64,000 nucleotides of DNA from positions 201 through 64,200 of the forward strand of contig BTQE01000003.1 of NCBI GenBank assembly GCA_036985715.1. The letters are read 5' to 3'. Both the position numbers and the translations under genes were made by a program. Within the stretch, counting starts at the first letter, position 1. Each line of letters begins with the position of its first letter. A model generated the notes under the pieces. It was not told where the DNA came from. It was given only the letters and a program-made list of their open reading frames with translations, and ran no database searches. The stretch is from Rhodothermia bacterium (lineage in GTDB: Bacteria; Bacteroidota; Rhodothermia; Rhodothermales; UBA10348). Shown piece after piece: positions 45,557-57,112 of the stretch.

Positions 45557-46162
45557 TGGAACCCGAGCGCGGTCCTCGTTGCCGAGTTCCAGAATCACTT
45601 TTCGTATTTTAGCGATTTGAGCCATGTGTCGACGAGCGTGTATAACCACAATGGCCAGTCCATCGGCGAGTGAAAATCGAATCAGCGGCGATACCGGTGA
45701 GGAAAAACGAACCAGATTAAAATCCCGTCCGTCGACCCGCCGAATCAAATCCGAAAGTTCATCTAGCTGTGAGTTGAAATCATTCCGGGTAGACGAGCAA
45801 TCCGTAGTGGGTACGGGTTTGAATTTTTTTGGTGCAGACAGGCGTCGCCTGGATGACGGCGAAAGATTGGAAAGAAATATCTTGCCTATCCATGATGGCC
45901 GGTAGGATAGGGAGCTGTTGTCAATCGTTGGTGAGTCGTTAGCGGCTTTCTGCAGACGGGGTAGATATTCATTCCCTGTTTTAGTGATGTGCGCGACGCA
46001 TGAGAGAATGGACCAAGACTTCGGTGCAGGCGGCCGTTGCATCTCTTCATCTGAGAGATCTGACGTCAGCCTGTGAAGCTCCGTTCGAAGGTGCTCGATG
46101 TCGTCGAGGAGCTCATTCAGAAATGGATTCATTTCGCGCTTTTCGCTTCGAAATTTTATCAT
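45551..46162 (-). CDS. DinB-family protein
   Basis: 203 aa (alternative start MNPFLNELL). Four-helix DinB pattern with His residues (CVAHITKTGNEY .. VIHARRHMAQI). Confidence 0.65.
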   Translation of the reverse strand: MIKFRSEKREMNPFLNELLDDIEHLRTELHRLTSDLSDEEMQRPPAPKSWSILSCVAHITKTGNEYLPRLQKAANDSPTIDNSSLSYRPSWIGKIFLSNLSPSSRRRLSAPKKFKPVPTTDCSSTRNDFNSQLDELSDLIRRVDGRDFNLVRFSSPVSPLIRFSLADGLAIVVIHARRHMAQIAKIRKVILELGNEDRARVPS

Positions 46163-46226
46163 TCAATCGATGGCCAGGCACAATTAAGGTACCGTTTCGT
46201 CCTCCCACCCCCAAAAGACAGCCCGT

Positions 46227-47030
46227 CTATGCGCCGACCGAAAATGACAGACCATCGTAGGCGAAAGCAACGCCATCAGGGAGTTTGGCGTCTTCATCAG
46301 CATGGAGCACACTGTGAGCCATGTGAATGAAATACGTCTGGCGGGCTCCTATTTGCTGCGCAACCTCTACTGCCTGCGAAATGGTCAGGTGCTTTGAATG
46401 CGGACGATGCCGAAGGGCATCGAGTACGAGCACATCCAGGTCCTGAAGCAGCGATACACTCTCATCCGGAACGCCGCTCGTGTCCGTGAGATAGGCAAAA
46501 TTCCCGATTCGATATCCGTAGATCAAAAAATCACCATGCTCAACCGGTACGGGAATGACTGTTGTCTTCTTCCTCTCGTCGTCCCGACTGGCCACCTGAA
46601 ACGATTCTTCAACCGCTTTCAACTCCAAATTGGGCGTACCTGGATACGTTCCGTCACGAAAAATGTAGGCGAACATACGGTCGAGAACTTCAGCCGAATT
46701 GGGAGAGGTGTAACAGGGGATGGCCGTTCTATTCTCGAACAGGAATGGACGAAGATCGTCAAGACCCACGACATGATCAAAGTGATGATGTGTAATCAGA
46801 ACGGCATCAACATTAGCTATTCCGGCCCGAATTGCCTGCGCGCGAAAATCGGGGCCAACGTCGATGATCAAATCAACTCCTTGCGCCTTCACGTAACAGG
46901 AGCACCGAAGTCGTTTGTCCCGGGGATCATCGGACAGACAGACGGGACATGAACATCCGATCACAGGTATCCCTGTGGACGTGCCCGTTCCGAGAATTAT
47001 GATATGAATTCCGTCGTCCTCAATCATCAT
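46227..47030 (-). CDS. MBL-fold metallo-hydrolase (PhnP-like)
   Basis: 267 aa with ILGTGTSTGIP, a Cys cluster GCSCPVC and the HxHxDH motif ITHHHFDHVVG. Confidence 0.75.
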   Translation of the reverse strand: MMIEDDGIHIIILGTGTSTGIPVIGCSCPVCLSDDPRDKRLRCSCYVKAQGVDLIIDVGPDFRAQAIRAGIANVDAVLITHHHFDHVVGLDDLRPFLFENRTAIPCYTSPNSAEVLDRMFAYIFRDGTYPGTPNLELKAVEESFQVASRDDERKKTTVIPVPVEHGDFLIYGYRIGNFAYLTDTSGVPDESVSLLQDLDVLVLDALRHRPHSKHLTISQAVEVAQQIGARQTYFIHMAHSVLHADEDAKLPDGVAFAYDGLSFSVGA

Positions 47031-47310
47031 CTTCCGTCTCGAATTCGAGAAGCGCGTTGGCTTTCCAGGTTTCTTCGAGAGCTTGTCGAACGGCAGGTCT
47101 CAAATAGACGGAATCGACAGGAAGATTTTTAAGGGCTTCGGCCAACACGGCGACATGAATTTCAGGTGGATGCTGGCGGTTGAGCATCAAAATCTCTTCC
47201 CCATTGCGAATACAGTACCCTCCTCTGAAATTTCCTTTTTCTCTTCTGACCCGCACATCGAGTTGACGGGCGGCATCTTCGAGTTCCTTAGCGATTTGCG
47301 ACGACTTCAT
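47020..47310 (-). CDS. Hypothetical small protein (96 aa)
   Basis: Clean ORF whose stop overlaps the downstream MBL gene start by 11 nt. Acidic C-terminus. No family recognised. Confidence 0.5.
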   Translation of the reverse strand: MKSSQIAKELEDAARQLDVRVRREKGNFRGGYCIRNGEEILMLNRQHPPEIHVAVLAEALKNLPVDSVYLRPAVRQALEETWKANALLEFETEDDD

Positions 47311-47358
47311 TCCTGCTGCGATTCAAGTTCTGTTTGTCATTGGGGCGAATGGTCTTCT

Positions 47359-48135
47359 CTACCAAAATACGCCAATTCGGACTCCGTGCTCCTTGCCAGT
47401 GAAATTCTGATCGCTTCCGAACTGCGCTTCCAGGTCCCACCTTTGCCAGCGAAAGGAATAACCCAATGCGATTCCGATTTCTCCGGACACTGGCCCGAGC
47501 GTCAATTCTACGTCTGCATCCAGGAGTGTGGAGGTTCCACTTCCCAATCCGAACGAACTCGATGCCAAACCGAAGAATGGCATGAGATGGGCTGATATAC
47601 GGGTAAATCCACTTTCACGTAAAACACCCACACCGATTCCGATCGCCAGCACCGTTGATTCAAATCGATCAATGGATCCTTCCGACATGTCGGTTGAAAC
47701 GCGGCGATAGCCACTGTGAAGGGCGACAGGAACAACAAATTGCGTATTCGCCTCCCGCATCCCTGGAAAGGGTCTGAGTGCACCACTCAACCGTATGACG
47801 GTCTGCAATAGTTCCAGGTCACCCCCCTCTTCGCCGATACCATTTTGCGATCCTCGGCCCAGGGACACGAGAATCCCCGGCCTGGAAAAGAAGATCCCAA
47901 AGACGGGATCAGAAAATCTATAGTCCTGCAGTACGGTACAATTACCGTCCCCGTCACTACTTAAACAGGACGGGTCGTCGGGAGTAAAATCCGGAATCGA
48001 ATAAGAGAAGCCTGCAGACTGACGCAGAGCGCCCCGTGAACCGTAGTCCCTTTGTCTGGCTTCGGTCTCAATCACTAAGCCAAAAAAGATCAGAATTGAG
48101 AGTGCACCAATCTTACTGATTTTGTTTCCGGTCAC
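47359..48135 (-). CDS. Putative outer-membrane/secreted protein (start uncertain)
   Basis: ORF 47359..48267 trimmed to the GTG at 48135, which gives the signal-like ISKIGALSILIFFGLVIETEA. Gly/Ser-rich beta-type sequence ending ..RIGVFW. It overlaps the rng 3' end by 23 nt. Confidence 0.45.
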   Translation of the reverse strand: MTGNKISKIGALSILIFFGLVIETEARQRDYGSRGALRQSAGFSYSIPDFTPDDPSCLSSDGDGNCTVLQDYRFSDPVFGIFFSRPGILVSLGRGSQNGIGEEGGDLELLQTVIRLSGALRPFPGMREANTQFVVPVALHSGYRRVSTDMSEGSIDRFESTVLAIGIGVGVLRESGFTRISAHLMPFFGLASSSFGLGSGTSTLLDADVELTLGPVSGEIGIALGYSFRWQRWDLEAQFGSDQNFTGKEHGVRIGVFW

Positions 48136-50020
48136 CGACGTTCTTTTTTCCTCGATTTCTGCGCGGGTTCCGTTTTTGCCTATTTGGCCGAGACGAAATT
48201 TCCTTGCCTGTTTTTCCGTCAAAAAATCTGAACCCGAGCGGATCCATCCGAACGTCTGACTCGACACTGATCCGAATTTTGTGTCTTAGAGACCACCGCG
48301 TCGCCTGTGCTGGAAACTTCCGATTCAGGTAGGCTGCCGTAAACGGATGAACAATAAGTTTTACGGGTCCTGACCGGTCCGATTCCCGATAAGCCACGAG
48401 CCAATCTTCAATTTTTCCGATTACGTCCTCCGGCTCGATCGGCGGCCCGTGCTTCTGGCGAACCTCCTGCCGACGGCCCGATTCCCGTTCTCGACTTCCA
48501 TCCTTCGTATCGGTCGCTTCCTCCAAGGAAAACGTGGCGGTAATACTGGGTCTCAATCTCTGACGGGTAATCTGAATCAGACCGAAATCGCTCATCGGAA
48601 GCACCTTCGTAACGGCCCGGTCCTTCCTGAACTCACGTCTGAGCAGATCATGTACTTTCCGCCGGTTTCGCTCCTGCCGCATGTCGATAAAATCGACGAC
48701 CAAAATGCCCCCCAGATCCCTTAATCGAACCTGTTGAGCAATAATTTTTACCGCCTCGAGATTTACTTTGAGAGAGTTTTCCTCCTGACTCAACCCTCTA
48801 CCGGCTCGGCCCGAGTTAACGTCGACGACGTGCATCGCCTCAGTATGCTCTATGAAGAGATATCCACCGGACGGCAGTTCCACCCTACTCTCAAACGCTT
48901 GATCAACGGCCTTGTCAATGTTCACGGCCTTGAAGATTGGTTGTCTTGCGGTATGCTGTCGCACTTTGGGTGCCATCTTTGGAGCCACGGCCTGGATATA
49001 CCCCTTGATGTTCCGGTACAGGCGTGAGCTGTCGATGAGAATCCGGTCAAAGTCTTCCGAGAAAAAATCTCGAATGATTGAAGAAGCCATATTGACATCT
49101 TCATGAATGACCGTAGGTGGACGCCTGTGGCTTGCAAGTCGTTGTTCCACTTTCCGCCATTTCTCGACAAGCAGTCTCAAGTCGGTGTCGAGCGCTTTCG
49201 CATTGTGTCCTGACGCTACCGTCCGAACAATCACACCAAAACCCTCAGGCAGCAAACTCTTGGCGAGCGCCCGCAAGCGACGACGCTCCTTGAAGGACAT
49301 AATTTTCTTGGAGACTGCAACGTAATTCGCCATGGGAACCAGGACCAGGAATCTTCCAGCAAGCGAAATATCGGTCGTAACCCTGCTGCCCTTTGATTGA
49401 ATAGGCTCCTTACTGATGCGAACAAGAATCGGCTGGTCCTTTCGAAGGAATTTTACAGGATTGGGATTTCCGGTAGCACCATTTGTTCGGTCGGAGGATC
49501 GGCCAGAATCCCTCGTCCCGGAAGCTTTCTTCGCCTGCTGATGCTGATCCAATTGCCGCTGGCCACGAGACAATCGATCGGTAATGTGCGAATGCTCTTT
49601 GGCTCCGCCCTTTCCTGCGTTACCGACCTCCTCGATTTCATATTCCGTGTCCGCTCCGTCCGAGAAATTTTGATTTCCCGAATCTCGGCGCGGGTGGTGC
49701 CGCCCTTTCTTACTGATCTGATGAGAATATTTGGTTTTAAACGTCCCGACGTTTGGCTGGTCTTGTTTGATGAATTCCAGCCAATCCGGTAAGCTGTCAA
49801 TCAGATCTGAAAAGTGTAAAAAGGCATCCTGCTTTTGCCCAATATCGACGAATGCGGCCTGGATGCTTGGCATGACTCGCCGAACCTTACCGAGGAATAG
49901 GTTGCCAATCGTCCGCTCGTAGTCCTCGGTCTCGATAAAGAGTTCAGCCAGATCTCCATTTTCGACAATGGCGATTCTGGTCTGCTCCGGTTGGGCATTG
50001 ATAATAATTTCTTTAGACAT
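48113..50020 (-). CDS. rng: Ribonuclease E/G family endoribonuclease
   Basis: Trimmed to MSKEIIINAQPEQTRIAIVENG (635 aa). S1 domain: GNLFLGKVRRVMPSIQAAFVDIG. Catalytic block: HVVDVNSGRAG. A basic low-complexity insert and tail are present. Confidence 0.85.
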   Translation of the reverse strand: MSKEIIINAQPEQTRIAIVENGDLAELFIETEDYERTIGNLFLGKVRRVMPSIQAAFVDIGQKQDAFLHFSDLIDSLPDWLEFIKQDQPNVGTFKTKYSHQISKKGRHHPRRDSGNQNFSDGADTEYEIEEVGNAGKGGAKEHSHITDRLSRGQRQLDQHQQAKKASGTRDSGRSSDRTNGATGNPNPVKFLRKDQPILVRISKEPIQSKGSRVTTDISLAGRFLVLVPMANYVAVSKKIMSFKERRRLRALAKSLLPEGFGVIVRTVASGHNAKALDTDLRLLVEKWRKVEQRLASHRRPPTVIHEDVNMASSIIRDFFSEDFDRILIDSSRLYRNIKGYIQAVAPKMAPKVRQHTARQPIFKAVNIDKAVDQAFESRVELPSGGYLFIEHTEAMHVVDVNSGRAGRGLSQEENSLKVNLEAVKIIAQQVRLRDLGGILVVDFIDMRQERNRRKVHDLLRREFRKDRAVTKVLPMSDFGLIQITRQRLRPSITATFSLEEATDTKDGSRERESGRRQEVRQKHGPPIEPEDVIGKIEDWLVAYRESDRSGPVKLIVHPFTAAYLNRKFPAQATRWSLRHKIRISVESDVRMDPLGFRFFDGKTGKEISSRPNRQKRNPRRNRGKKNVGDRKQNQ

Positions 50021-50810
50021 ATACGTCTTTCGTCCAGGCGCCACCTGGGAGCGTACAGAATTGTCTGGCAACGACCAGGGTCTTTCATCGGCCTCTTTCT
50101 ATCGGTCGAAACAGGGATGGGTGTTCTACCCCATAAGTAGCCAAAGCACGTGATGCTGGAGAAAAGAATCGTTTTCATTATGTCTGGAAAACGAGTCAGC
50201 ATCGAGTTCTGCATAGCGTATAAACCCCCACGTTCGGGTGCGCCGTGCTTCCGTTTAATAGTTGATGGTAGACGGGATCGCCACTTCCCTCCGAATGCGG
50301 AGCGGGCGGACATCCCATAGTTTGAATTTGTACTGATTGACTCCTTTCTGTGATGAGTCCGGTATCCGACGGCAGCCTGAATAGTTCGGCTGAACCATAA
50401 TAAGAGGATCGGTAGATCGAGAAAATAATCAAGTACTGAACCATTGAGCGTCCTTTTTAGCAAGATCCTGAAACGGATAGTATTCGTTTTCTTCGCAAAA
50501 AACGATTGTTCGAGCCTGCTGGACAGCAAAATAGAATGGGTGAACGGTCGGTTTTACAGTAAAATACTCGCGATGTGTGGGTATCGGTAACCGAATGGTA
50601 CACAAAGTGCGATATGGACCTATAAATGGCTTGCACCTGGTAAATGATCCCGATAACCTTCGATCAACACGCTTAGCACGCGAAATCCTTAAATATAAAT
50701 TCGTCGAGTCAGAGCAACGTAATTGTCGTATCAGGGTATGATCGTGTTGTTCGTCGGAAAAAATTTCACCACACGGATCCCACCCGTCTACCACTATTGA
50801 CCCTGCATTT

Positions 50811-51965
50811 ATGGCCACGTCCAACGATTCGATATCAACCAACGGTAGACCGAAACCAGCACTAGCTAAAGGACTGGAGGGCGTCGTAGCACTGGAGACT
50901 CAGATCTGCGACATCGATGGTCAGAAAGGAGAACTGATTTATGCCGGGTACGACATTCAGGACCTCGCTGCGAATGCGACGTTCGAGGAAGTTGCTTTTT
51001 TACTATGGAATGGGCGACTTCCTTCGCCTGAAGAGACGGAAGCCCTGATTCGCCAGTTGGCCTCTGAGCGAACACTCCCGCCCATGATCGTCGACATTCT
51101 TCGAATGACCCCCGAAGATGCCAATCCGATGGCGGCCCTTCGAACCGGCATCTCCGTTCTTTCGCTATTCGATGGTGAAGCAAACGACCCCTCTCCAGAG
51201 GCAAACTATCGAAAGGCGATACGCTTGACCGCTCGAATTCCGGTCTTGATTGCCGCATTCGATAGGATTCGCAAAGGGAAGGAAATTGTGCAACCCCTGA
51301 GACAGAGCCGAGAAGCACACAATTTTCTTTACATGCTGTCAGGAGAAGAACCCGGTGAAGTTGCGGAACGAACGTTCGATGCTTGTTTGGTGCTTCACGC
51401 CGAACATGGTCTCAACGCCTCCACATTTACGGGCCGCGTGATCGGGGCAACGTTATCGGATATGTATTCGGCCGTTACGGGAGCCGTCGGAGCTCTAAAA
51501 GGACCCCTCCATGGCGGGGCAAACATTCGAGTGATGGAAATGCTCAATGACATTGACCGGAAAGGCGCCAAACCGAGCAAATACATCCGATCTCTTCTGG
51601 CAGAGAAAGCGCGTATTATGGGCTTCGGGCACCGCGTTTACAAAACTCTTGACCCTCGGGCGGCCATTCTTCGCGAAATGCTGGATGGATTGAGCCAGGA
51701 ACGAGGCACAAGGAAGTGGTACGAAATGAGCCTTGAGATCATGGAAACTATGGAAAAAGAAAAAGGACTCTATCCGAACGTAGACTTTTTCAGCGCCTCC
51801 GTCTATGCGACACTGGAAATCGACCCGGATCTCTTCACGCCCATTTTCGCTCAGTCAAGGATAACAGGTTGGACAGCCCATTTACTCGAACAGTGGAAGG
51901 AGAACAGGCTTATCCGGCCGAGAGCCGCCTACACGGGCCCGCGCGGACTTTCGATCACCAGGTAA
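50811..51965 (+). CDS. gltA: Citrate synthase (short, ~380-aa type)
   Basis: 384 aa with LVLHAEHGLNAST, GPLHGGAN and GFGHRVYKTLDPRA. Confidence 0.9.
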   Translation: MATSNDSISTNGRPKPALAKGLEGVVALETQICDIDGQKGELIYAGYDIQDLAANATFEEVAFLLWNGRLPSPEETEALIRQLASERTLPPMIVDILRMTPEDANPMAALRTGISVLSLFDGEANDPSPEANYRKAIRLTARIPVLIAAFDRIRKGKEIVQPLRQSREAHNFLYMLSGEEPGEVAERTFDACLVLHAEHGLNASTFTGRVIGATLSDMYSAVTGAVGALKGPLHGGANIRVMEMLNDIDRKGAKPSKYIRSLLAEKARIMGFGHRVYKTLDPRAAILREMLDGLSQERGTRKWYEMSLEIMETMEKEKGLYPNVDFFSASVYATLEIDPDLFTPIFAQSRITGWTAHLLEQWKENRLIRPRAAYTGPRGLSITR

Positions 51966-52207
51966 TTCGAAACCATGAACGAGCGGCCGGTGCGGTCATA
52001 TCGATCGCCAGACAGCTTGCCTTCATGTCTGCAATTCCCATATTCTTCGTCTCGAAAACGTCGATCTACGTCCATTTCGTCATTACTTGAAAAACCCCGT
52101 TTGTAGATTTCGATAGTAGCAGTAAGCCTGATACGTAGCTCGCCAGGTGTCTATCTGGTACACCCGCTTTGGGCGACCCCGGTTTCGGCTGAATTCATTC
52201 TGCGACC

Positions 52208-52897
52208 ATGACGCAAACCCGATCGAAACTTCGAAGCCTTATTACGTCCCAGGTCGGTAAGAAATTATTGACTGGAATCACAGGACTTGCCCTGGTGGTA
52301 TTCGTGTTGGAGCACATGCTGGGCAACTTGCAGTTTTTTGCTGGCGATGACGCGTATAATGCGTACGCTCACTTCCTGATCAGCCTGGGCCCGGTTTTGT
52401 GGGTCGTCGAGATAACGCTTCTTGTGTTTTTACTGACGCACATGGGTCTCGGCATCAATATTTGGATTAGCAGTCGTCGGGCACGTTCGTCAAAATACCT
52501 GAAGAGCCAGAGCGTCGGTGAGCCGAGTCATCAGACGATGAGCTCGCGCAGCATGTTGGTAACAGGACTCATTATCGGCATTTTCCTGGTGATCCACCTG
52601 GCTTCTTTTAAGTACGGCGCATACTACGAGACCACGGTCAACGGTACGGTTATGAGAGACCTTGCACGCCTCATGCGGCTGAAGTTTCATAATCCGGCGT
52701 ACGCGTTCGGATATCCGGCCGTTGTTCTCATTCTCGCCCTTCATCTCAGACACGGGATCTGGAGCGCTTTTCAATCCATCGGTGCCATGAGACCATCGAT
52801 ATCAGTGCCTGCCTATGCACTGAGTGGGATTTTTGGAGTCGGCATTGGCGTCGGATTTCTGATCGTACCTATCGCAATATATTTTGACTGGGTTTAG
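52208..52897 (+). CDS. sdhC: Succinate dehydrogenase/fumarate reductase cytochrome b subunit (b558 type)
   Basis: 229 aa and 5 TM with conserved His residues ([27 protein letters not shown]). Lies directly upstream of sdhA/sdhB. Confidence 0.8.
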   Translation: MTQTRSKLRSLITSQVGKKLLTGITGLALVVFVLEHMLGNLQFFAGDDAYNAYAHFLISLGPVLWVVEITLLVFLLTHMGLGINIWISSRRARSSKYLKSQSVGEPSHQTMSSRSMLVTGLIIGIFLVIHLASFKYGAYYETTVNGTVMRDLARLMRLKFHNPAYAFGYPAVVLILALHLRHGIWSAFQSIGAMRPSISVPAYALSGIFGVGIGVGFLIVPIAIYFDWV

Positions 52898-52926
52898 TAC
52901 CCCCTGACTCGAAACCCGCATCTCTC

Positions 52927-54846
52927 ATGCCTCCAGTTCTTGCTCCAAAAGTCCCGCCCGGTCGGTTAGAAGAGAAGTGGGACAAGTATAAGAGCCGGGT
53001 GAAATTGGTCAATCCGGCAAACAAGAGAAATCATACCGTATTGGTTGTGGGAACGGGTCTGGCTGGAGCGTCAGCTGCCGCGACGCTGGCTGAATTGGGA
53101 TATCGAGTAAAGAGTTTCTGCATCCAGGACTCTCCAAGACGGGCTCACTCGATAGCCGCTCAAGGTGGAATTAACGCCGCGAAAAATTATCCGAACGACG
53201 GAGACACAATCTGGCGCCTTTTCTACGACACGATCAAGGGTGGAGATTATCGGTCGCGGGAAGCCAACGTCTATCGTCTTGCCCAGGTTAGCAACGAAAT
53301 CATAGACCAGTGCGTAGCACAGGGCGTTCCCTTCGCACGAGAGTACGGCGGATTGCTGGACAACCGATCATTCGGCGGAGCACAGGTTTCCAGAACCTTT
53401 TACGCACGCGGACAGACGGGGCAGCAACTTCTACTCGGAGCCTACCAGGCGATGAGCCGCCAGGTAGCAGAAGGAAACGTTGAGATGTTCGCCCGACGCG
53501 AGATGCTCGATCTGGTCCTTGTGGATGGCCACGCACGGGGAATTGTCACCAGAAATCTGGTTACGGGGCAAATCGAACGGCATCTGGGCGATGCCGTCCT
53601 CCTCTGTACGGGTGGATACGGCAATGTCTATTACCTGTCGACCAACGCACAGAATTCGAATGTGACGGCCGCCTGGCGATGTCACAGACGAGGAGCTTTT
53701 TTTGCCAATCCGTGCTTCACCCAGATTCACCCGACGTGTATTCCGGTATCGGGGGATTATCAGTCGAAGCTCACACTCATGAGCGAGAGCCTCAGAAACG
53801 ACGGACGCGTATGGGTTCCGAAGAATCCGGGAGATGAGCGTCCTCCCAGCCAGATTCCCGAGGAAGATCGGGATTACTTCCTGGAACGGCGCTACCCGTC
53901 TTTCGGCAATCTGGTTCCACGTGACGTGGCGTCGAGAAACGCCAAATACGCGTGTGACGAGGGTCGTGGTGTCGGGAGTACCAAACTGGCCGTATATCTG
54001 GATTTTAAAAATTCCATCGAACGCCTCGGCCGTCATAAAATCGAAGAGCGCTACGGGAATTTGTTCGAAATGTATGAGCGCATAACCGGTGAAGATCCGT
54101 ACGAGCTACCCATGCGTATTTACCCGGCGGTTCACTACACCATGGGCGGTCTCTGGGTGGATTACGAGTTAATGACGACGGTACCAGGACTTTTTGTCCT
54201 CGGCGAAGCCAATTTCTCGGACCATGGTGCCAACCGCCTAGGCGCCAGCGCACTCATGCAGGGATTGGCCGACGGGTATTTCATTATCCCATATACCCTG
54301 GGCAATTATATCGCTGGTACGAAGTTGGATGAAGTGGATACGTCTCACAACTCTTTTTCCGAAGTTGAAGCGGAAGCCAGAGATCGAATCGATCGACTGC
54401 TCTCCATCAAGGGAAACAAAACGGTTACCGAGTACCACCGCGAGTTGGGCTCGATCATGTGGGACGATGTAGGAATGTCGCGAAACGAAAACGGATTGAA
54501 ATCTGCCATCGGGCGGATCGCCAGTCTCCGGGAAGAATACTGGCAAAATGTACTTGTACCCGGTGACGCGACGTATCACAACAAATACCTGGAATTTGCG
54601 GGACGCGTTGCTGACTTCCTCGAACTCGGAGAACTGATGGCATGTGATGCGCTGCATCGGACCGAATCGTGCGGCGGACACTTCCGGGAGGAATACCAGA
54701 CCAAGGATGGAGAGGCAGTGAGGAATGACGATCAAATGACGTACGTCGCCGCGTGGGAGTTCAGTCAGGAAGAGCAAGAATCCAAAATGCACATGGAGCA
54801 TCTCGAATTCGAAAATGTTCGTCTGACCACAAGGAGTTATAAATAG
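52927..54846 (+). CDS. sdhA: Succinate dehydrogenase/fumarate reductase flavoprotein subunit (B. subtilis/Bacteroides type)
   Basis: 639 aa with [12 protein letters not shown], the FAD-His motif [14 protein letters not shown] and the C-terminal [10 protein letters not shown]. Confidence 0.9.
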   Translation: MPPVLAPKVPPGRLEEKWDKYKSRVKLVNPANKRNHTVLVVGTGLAGASAAATLAELGYRVKSFCIQDSPRRAHSIAAQGGINAAKNYPNDGDTIWRLFYDTIKGGDYRSREANVYRLAQVSNEIIDQCVAQGVPFAREYGGLLDNRSFGGAQVSRTFYARGQTGQQLLLGAYQAMSRQVAEGNVEMFARREMLDLVLVDGHARGIVTRNLVTGQIERHLGDAVLLCTGGYGNVYYLSTNAQNSNVTAAWRCHRRGAFFANPCFTQIHPTCIPVSGDYQSKLTLMSESLRNDGRVWVPKNPGDERPPSQIPEEDRDYFLERRYPSFGNLVPRDVASRNAKYACDEGRGVGSTKLAVYLDFKNSIERLGRHKIEERYGNLFEMYERITGEDPYELPMRIYPAVHYTMGGLWVDYELMTTVPGLFVLGEANFSDHGANRLGASALMQGLADGYFIIPYTLGNYIAGTKLDEVDTSHNSFSEVEAEARDRIDRLLSIKGNKTVTEYHRELGSIMWDDVGMSRNENGLKSAIGRIASLREEYWQNVLVPGDATYHNKYLEFAGRVADFLELGELMACDALHRTESCGGHFREEYQTKDGEAVRNDDQMTYVAAWEFSQEEQESKMHMEHLEFENVRLTTRSYK

Positions 54847-54864
54847 TCAGGTTATCAGAGAACG

Positions 54865-55629
54865 ATGTCAGACAGGATGACCATCCATTTGAGCGTGTGG
54901 CGACAGGCAGGTCCGGAGTCTTCCGGGACGTTTGAAAACTATACCGTTAACGACGTGAACGAGCACATGTCGTTTCTGGAACTGCTCGATGTCCTGAATG
55001 AAATGCTCGTTCGGAAGGGCGAATTACCGGTTGAATTCGACCACGATTGCCGCGAGGGAATTTGCGGATCTTGCGGTTTGGTCATAAACGGGATTGCCCA
55101 TGGCCCACAAAAGCGTACGGCAGCGTGTCAGTTGCACATGAGGCATTTTAAGGACGGCGACACCATTGTCGTGGAGCCTTGGCGGGCCGAAGGATTTCCC
55201 ATCATCAGAGACCTGGTTGTAGACCGGACCGCGTTCGACCGGATTATCGAAGCGGGCGGATACGTGTCTGTCAATACGGGTAATGCCCCAGACGCCAATG
55301 CGGTACTGGTCCCCAGAGACGACGTCGATCGTGCATTCGACTACGCGTCGTGCATCGGGTGCGGAGCGTGTGTGGCAGCGTGTCCGAATGCATCCGCCTC
55401 CTTGTTTACGGCGGCGAAGATCGCACATCTTGCTTTGCTACCCCAGGGAGATCCCGAGAGGACCCATCGAGTAGCCGCGATGGTCGATCAGATGCAAGAG
55501 GAGGGCTTTGGCGACTGTTCAAACTATGCCGAATGTGAAGCCGTTTGTCCGAAAGGAATCTCGATATCGTCGATCGCACTTATGCGACGCGAATACATGA
55601 AATACCTCGTTTCGTCGACTGAGGCTTGA
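54865..55629 (+). CDS. sdhB: Succinate dehydrogenase/fumarate reductase iron-sulfur subunit
   Basis: 254 aa with three Cys clusters: [37 protein letters not shown]. Confidence 0.9.
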   Translation: MSDRMTIHLSVWRQAGPESSGTFENYTVNDVNEHMSFLELLDVLNEMLVRKGELPVEFDHDCREGICGSCGLVINGIAHGPQKRTAACQLHMRHFKDGDTIVVEPWRAEGFPIIRDLVVDRTAFDRIIEAGGYVSVNTGNAPDANAVLVPRDDVDRAFDYASCIGCGACVAACPNASASLFTAAKIAHLALLPQGDPERTHRVAAMVDQMQEEGFGDCSNYAECEAVCPKGISISSIALMRREYMKYLVSSTEA

Positions 55630-55631
55630 GT

Positions 55632-56132
55632 CTACCGGAGACCTATTTCTACCAGTTCGACTTCGAAAAGCAGCGTGGACCCAGGTGGAATGGTCGAACC
55701 TGCACCTCTCTCGCCATACCCCAGTTCCGGGGGGATTGTAAGTAGCCGCTGTTCCCCGACCTTCATTCCTTCTACGCCCTGATCCCAGCCCTGAATCACC
55801 TGGCCAGCGCCCAAATTAAAAGCAAACGGTTCTCCCCGGTCTCGCGAGCTGTCAAATTTGTCGCCCTTCCCTTCGGGTGCTGCTTCATCGTACAACCATC
55901 CCGTATAATGAACGCTGGCAACAGCGCCGGATTTGATTTCTTCTCCCTCTCCTTCCAGAACGATCTGAATCTTCAGCCCATTCTCCATCACTGTAACCTT
56001 TTGTGTATCTGGATTTTGCGTTTTCTGAATGCTATCTGCATCCGTTACGTCCTGGGATTGGCGCTGTGGCGATAAACACCCCGTAAGGCCGATGGCGACG
56101 AGAAAAAGCCATATGAGTCTGTTCTTGAACAT
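55632..56132 (-). CDS. FKBP-type peptidyl-prolyl cis-trans isomerase, lipoprotein
   Basis: 166 aa with a lipobox (AIGLTGC). FKBP core: [43 protein letters not shown]. Confidence 0.85.
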   Translation of the reverse strand: MFKNRLIWLFLVAIGLTGCLSPQRQSQDVTDADSIQKTQNPDTQKVTVMENGLKIQIVLEGEGEEIKSGAVASVHYTGWLYDEAAPEGKGDKFDSSRDRGEPFAFNLGAGQVIQGWDQGVEGMKVGEQRLLTIPPELGYGERGAGSTIPPGSTLLFEVELVEIGLR

Positions 56133-56166
56133 GGAATTATTGGTTGTACTCTGGTTCGAAAGTTAG

Positions 56167-56904
56167 TTAGACGGGCACACCGGCAGTCGCCAGGATGGAT
56201 TCAAAGATCATAGCGCCATCGGACCGACCCAATATCTCTTCAGAACATCGCTCCGGATGGGGCATCATGCCCAACACGTTACCGGTCTCGTTGAGGATGC
56301 CGGCAATATTTCTGGATGAACCATTTGGATTGGAATCGGGTGATACCGTGCCTTCGCTATCGCAATACCTGAATGCGATCCTGTCTTCGTCCTCGAGTCG
56401 AACAAGCATGTCGTCGTCTGCGATATAGTTGCCTTCGCCATGGGCAATCGGAATCTGAAGAACGGAGTCAACAGCCAATGTCTGTGTAAACGGCGATGTC
56501 CGGTTCTCCGGCTTGATAAAAATATTCTTACAGATAAATCGAAGCGAGGCATTTTTCATGAGCGCGCCGGGAAGAAGGCCACTCTCGCAAAGGATCTGAA
56601 AACCGTTGCAGATACCCAACACCAGGCCTCCACTTTTGGCAAATCGAACGACGTCTTTCATGATCGGGGAAAATCGAGCAATGGCTCCCGACCGAAGAGC
56701 GTCTCCATAGGAAAAGCCTCCTGGCACGATCACCACGTCGGCGTCACCGACAGAATGATCCTTATGCCAGATAAACGATGTCTGCTGATCGAAGACATGC
56801 TTTGCCACGTGATAGGCGTCGTGATCACAGTTCGAGCCGGGGAACTCAATAATGCCAAATCGCACGGGCTTGACTCCAAAATGATTAGCGTGGTTCTGAT
56901 CCAT
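56167..56904 (-). CDS. purQ: Phosphoribosylformylglycinamidine synthase, glutaminase subunit
   Basis: 245 aa with the nucleophile motif GICNGFQIL and MPHPER. purS and purL are not adjacent. Confidence 0.9.
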   Translation of the reverse strand: MDQNHANHFGVKPVRFGIIEFPGSNCDHDAYHVAKHVFDQQTSFIWHKDHSVGDADVVIVPGGFSYGDALRSGAIARFSPIMKDVVRFAKSGGLVLGICNGFQILCESGLLPGALMKNASLRFICKNIFIKPENRTSPFTQTLAVDSVLQIPIAHGEGNYIADDDMLVRLEDEDRIAFRYCDSEGTVSPDSNPNGSSRNIAGILNETGNVLGMMPHPERCSEEILGRSDGAMIFESILATAGVPV

Positions 56905-57112
56905 CGGATATTACGGGAATCCTACAGGATCTCCATGGGATCTGTACCGAATTGATGTGAAGAAGCCTGCCTGGCTGAGGATAAGGTACCCGAATGCCGA
57001 TACGAACAGGAGTCGCAATATCTTAACGCACTTCACAACATGTTTTGGGTAAAATGCGTTATATAAATCGATTTGAGATCAAGCAAAATCCGGTCAACGC
57101 ATCTGCTGGCCC

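Noticed and set aside
49801-50842. ORFs 49801..50529 (242 aa) and 50429..50842 (137 aa) in and around the rng-gltA spacer
   Set aside because: The first overlaps the conserved rng N-terminus out of frame. Both are Cys/Arg/Trp-rich with no protein-like pattern and overlap each other, so the region is treated as non-coding (see the finding on this spacer).
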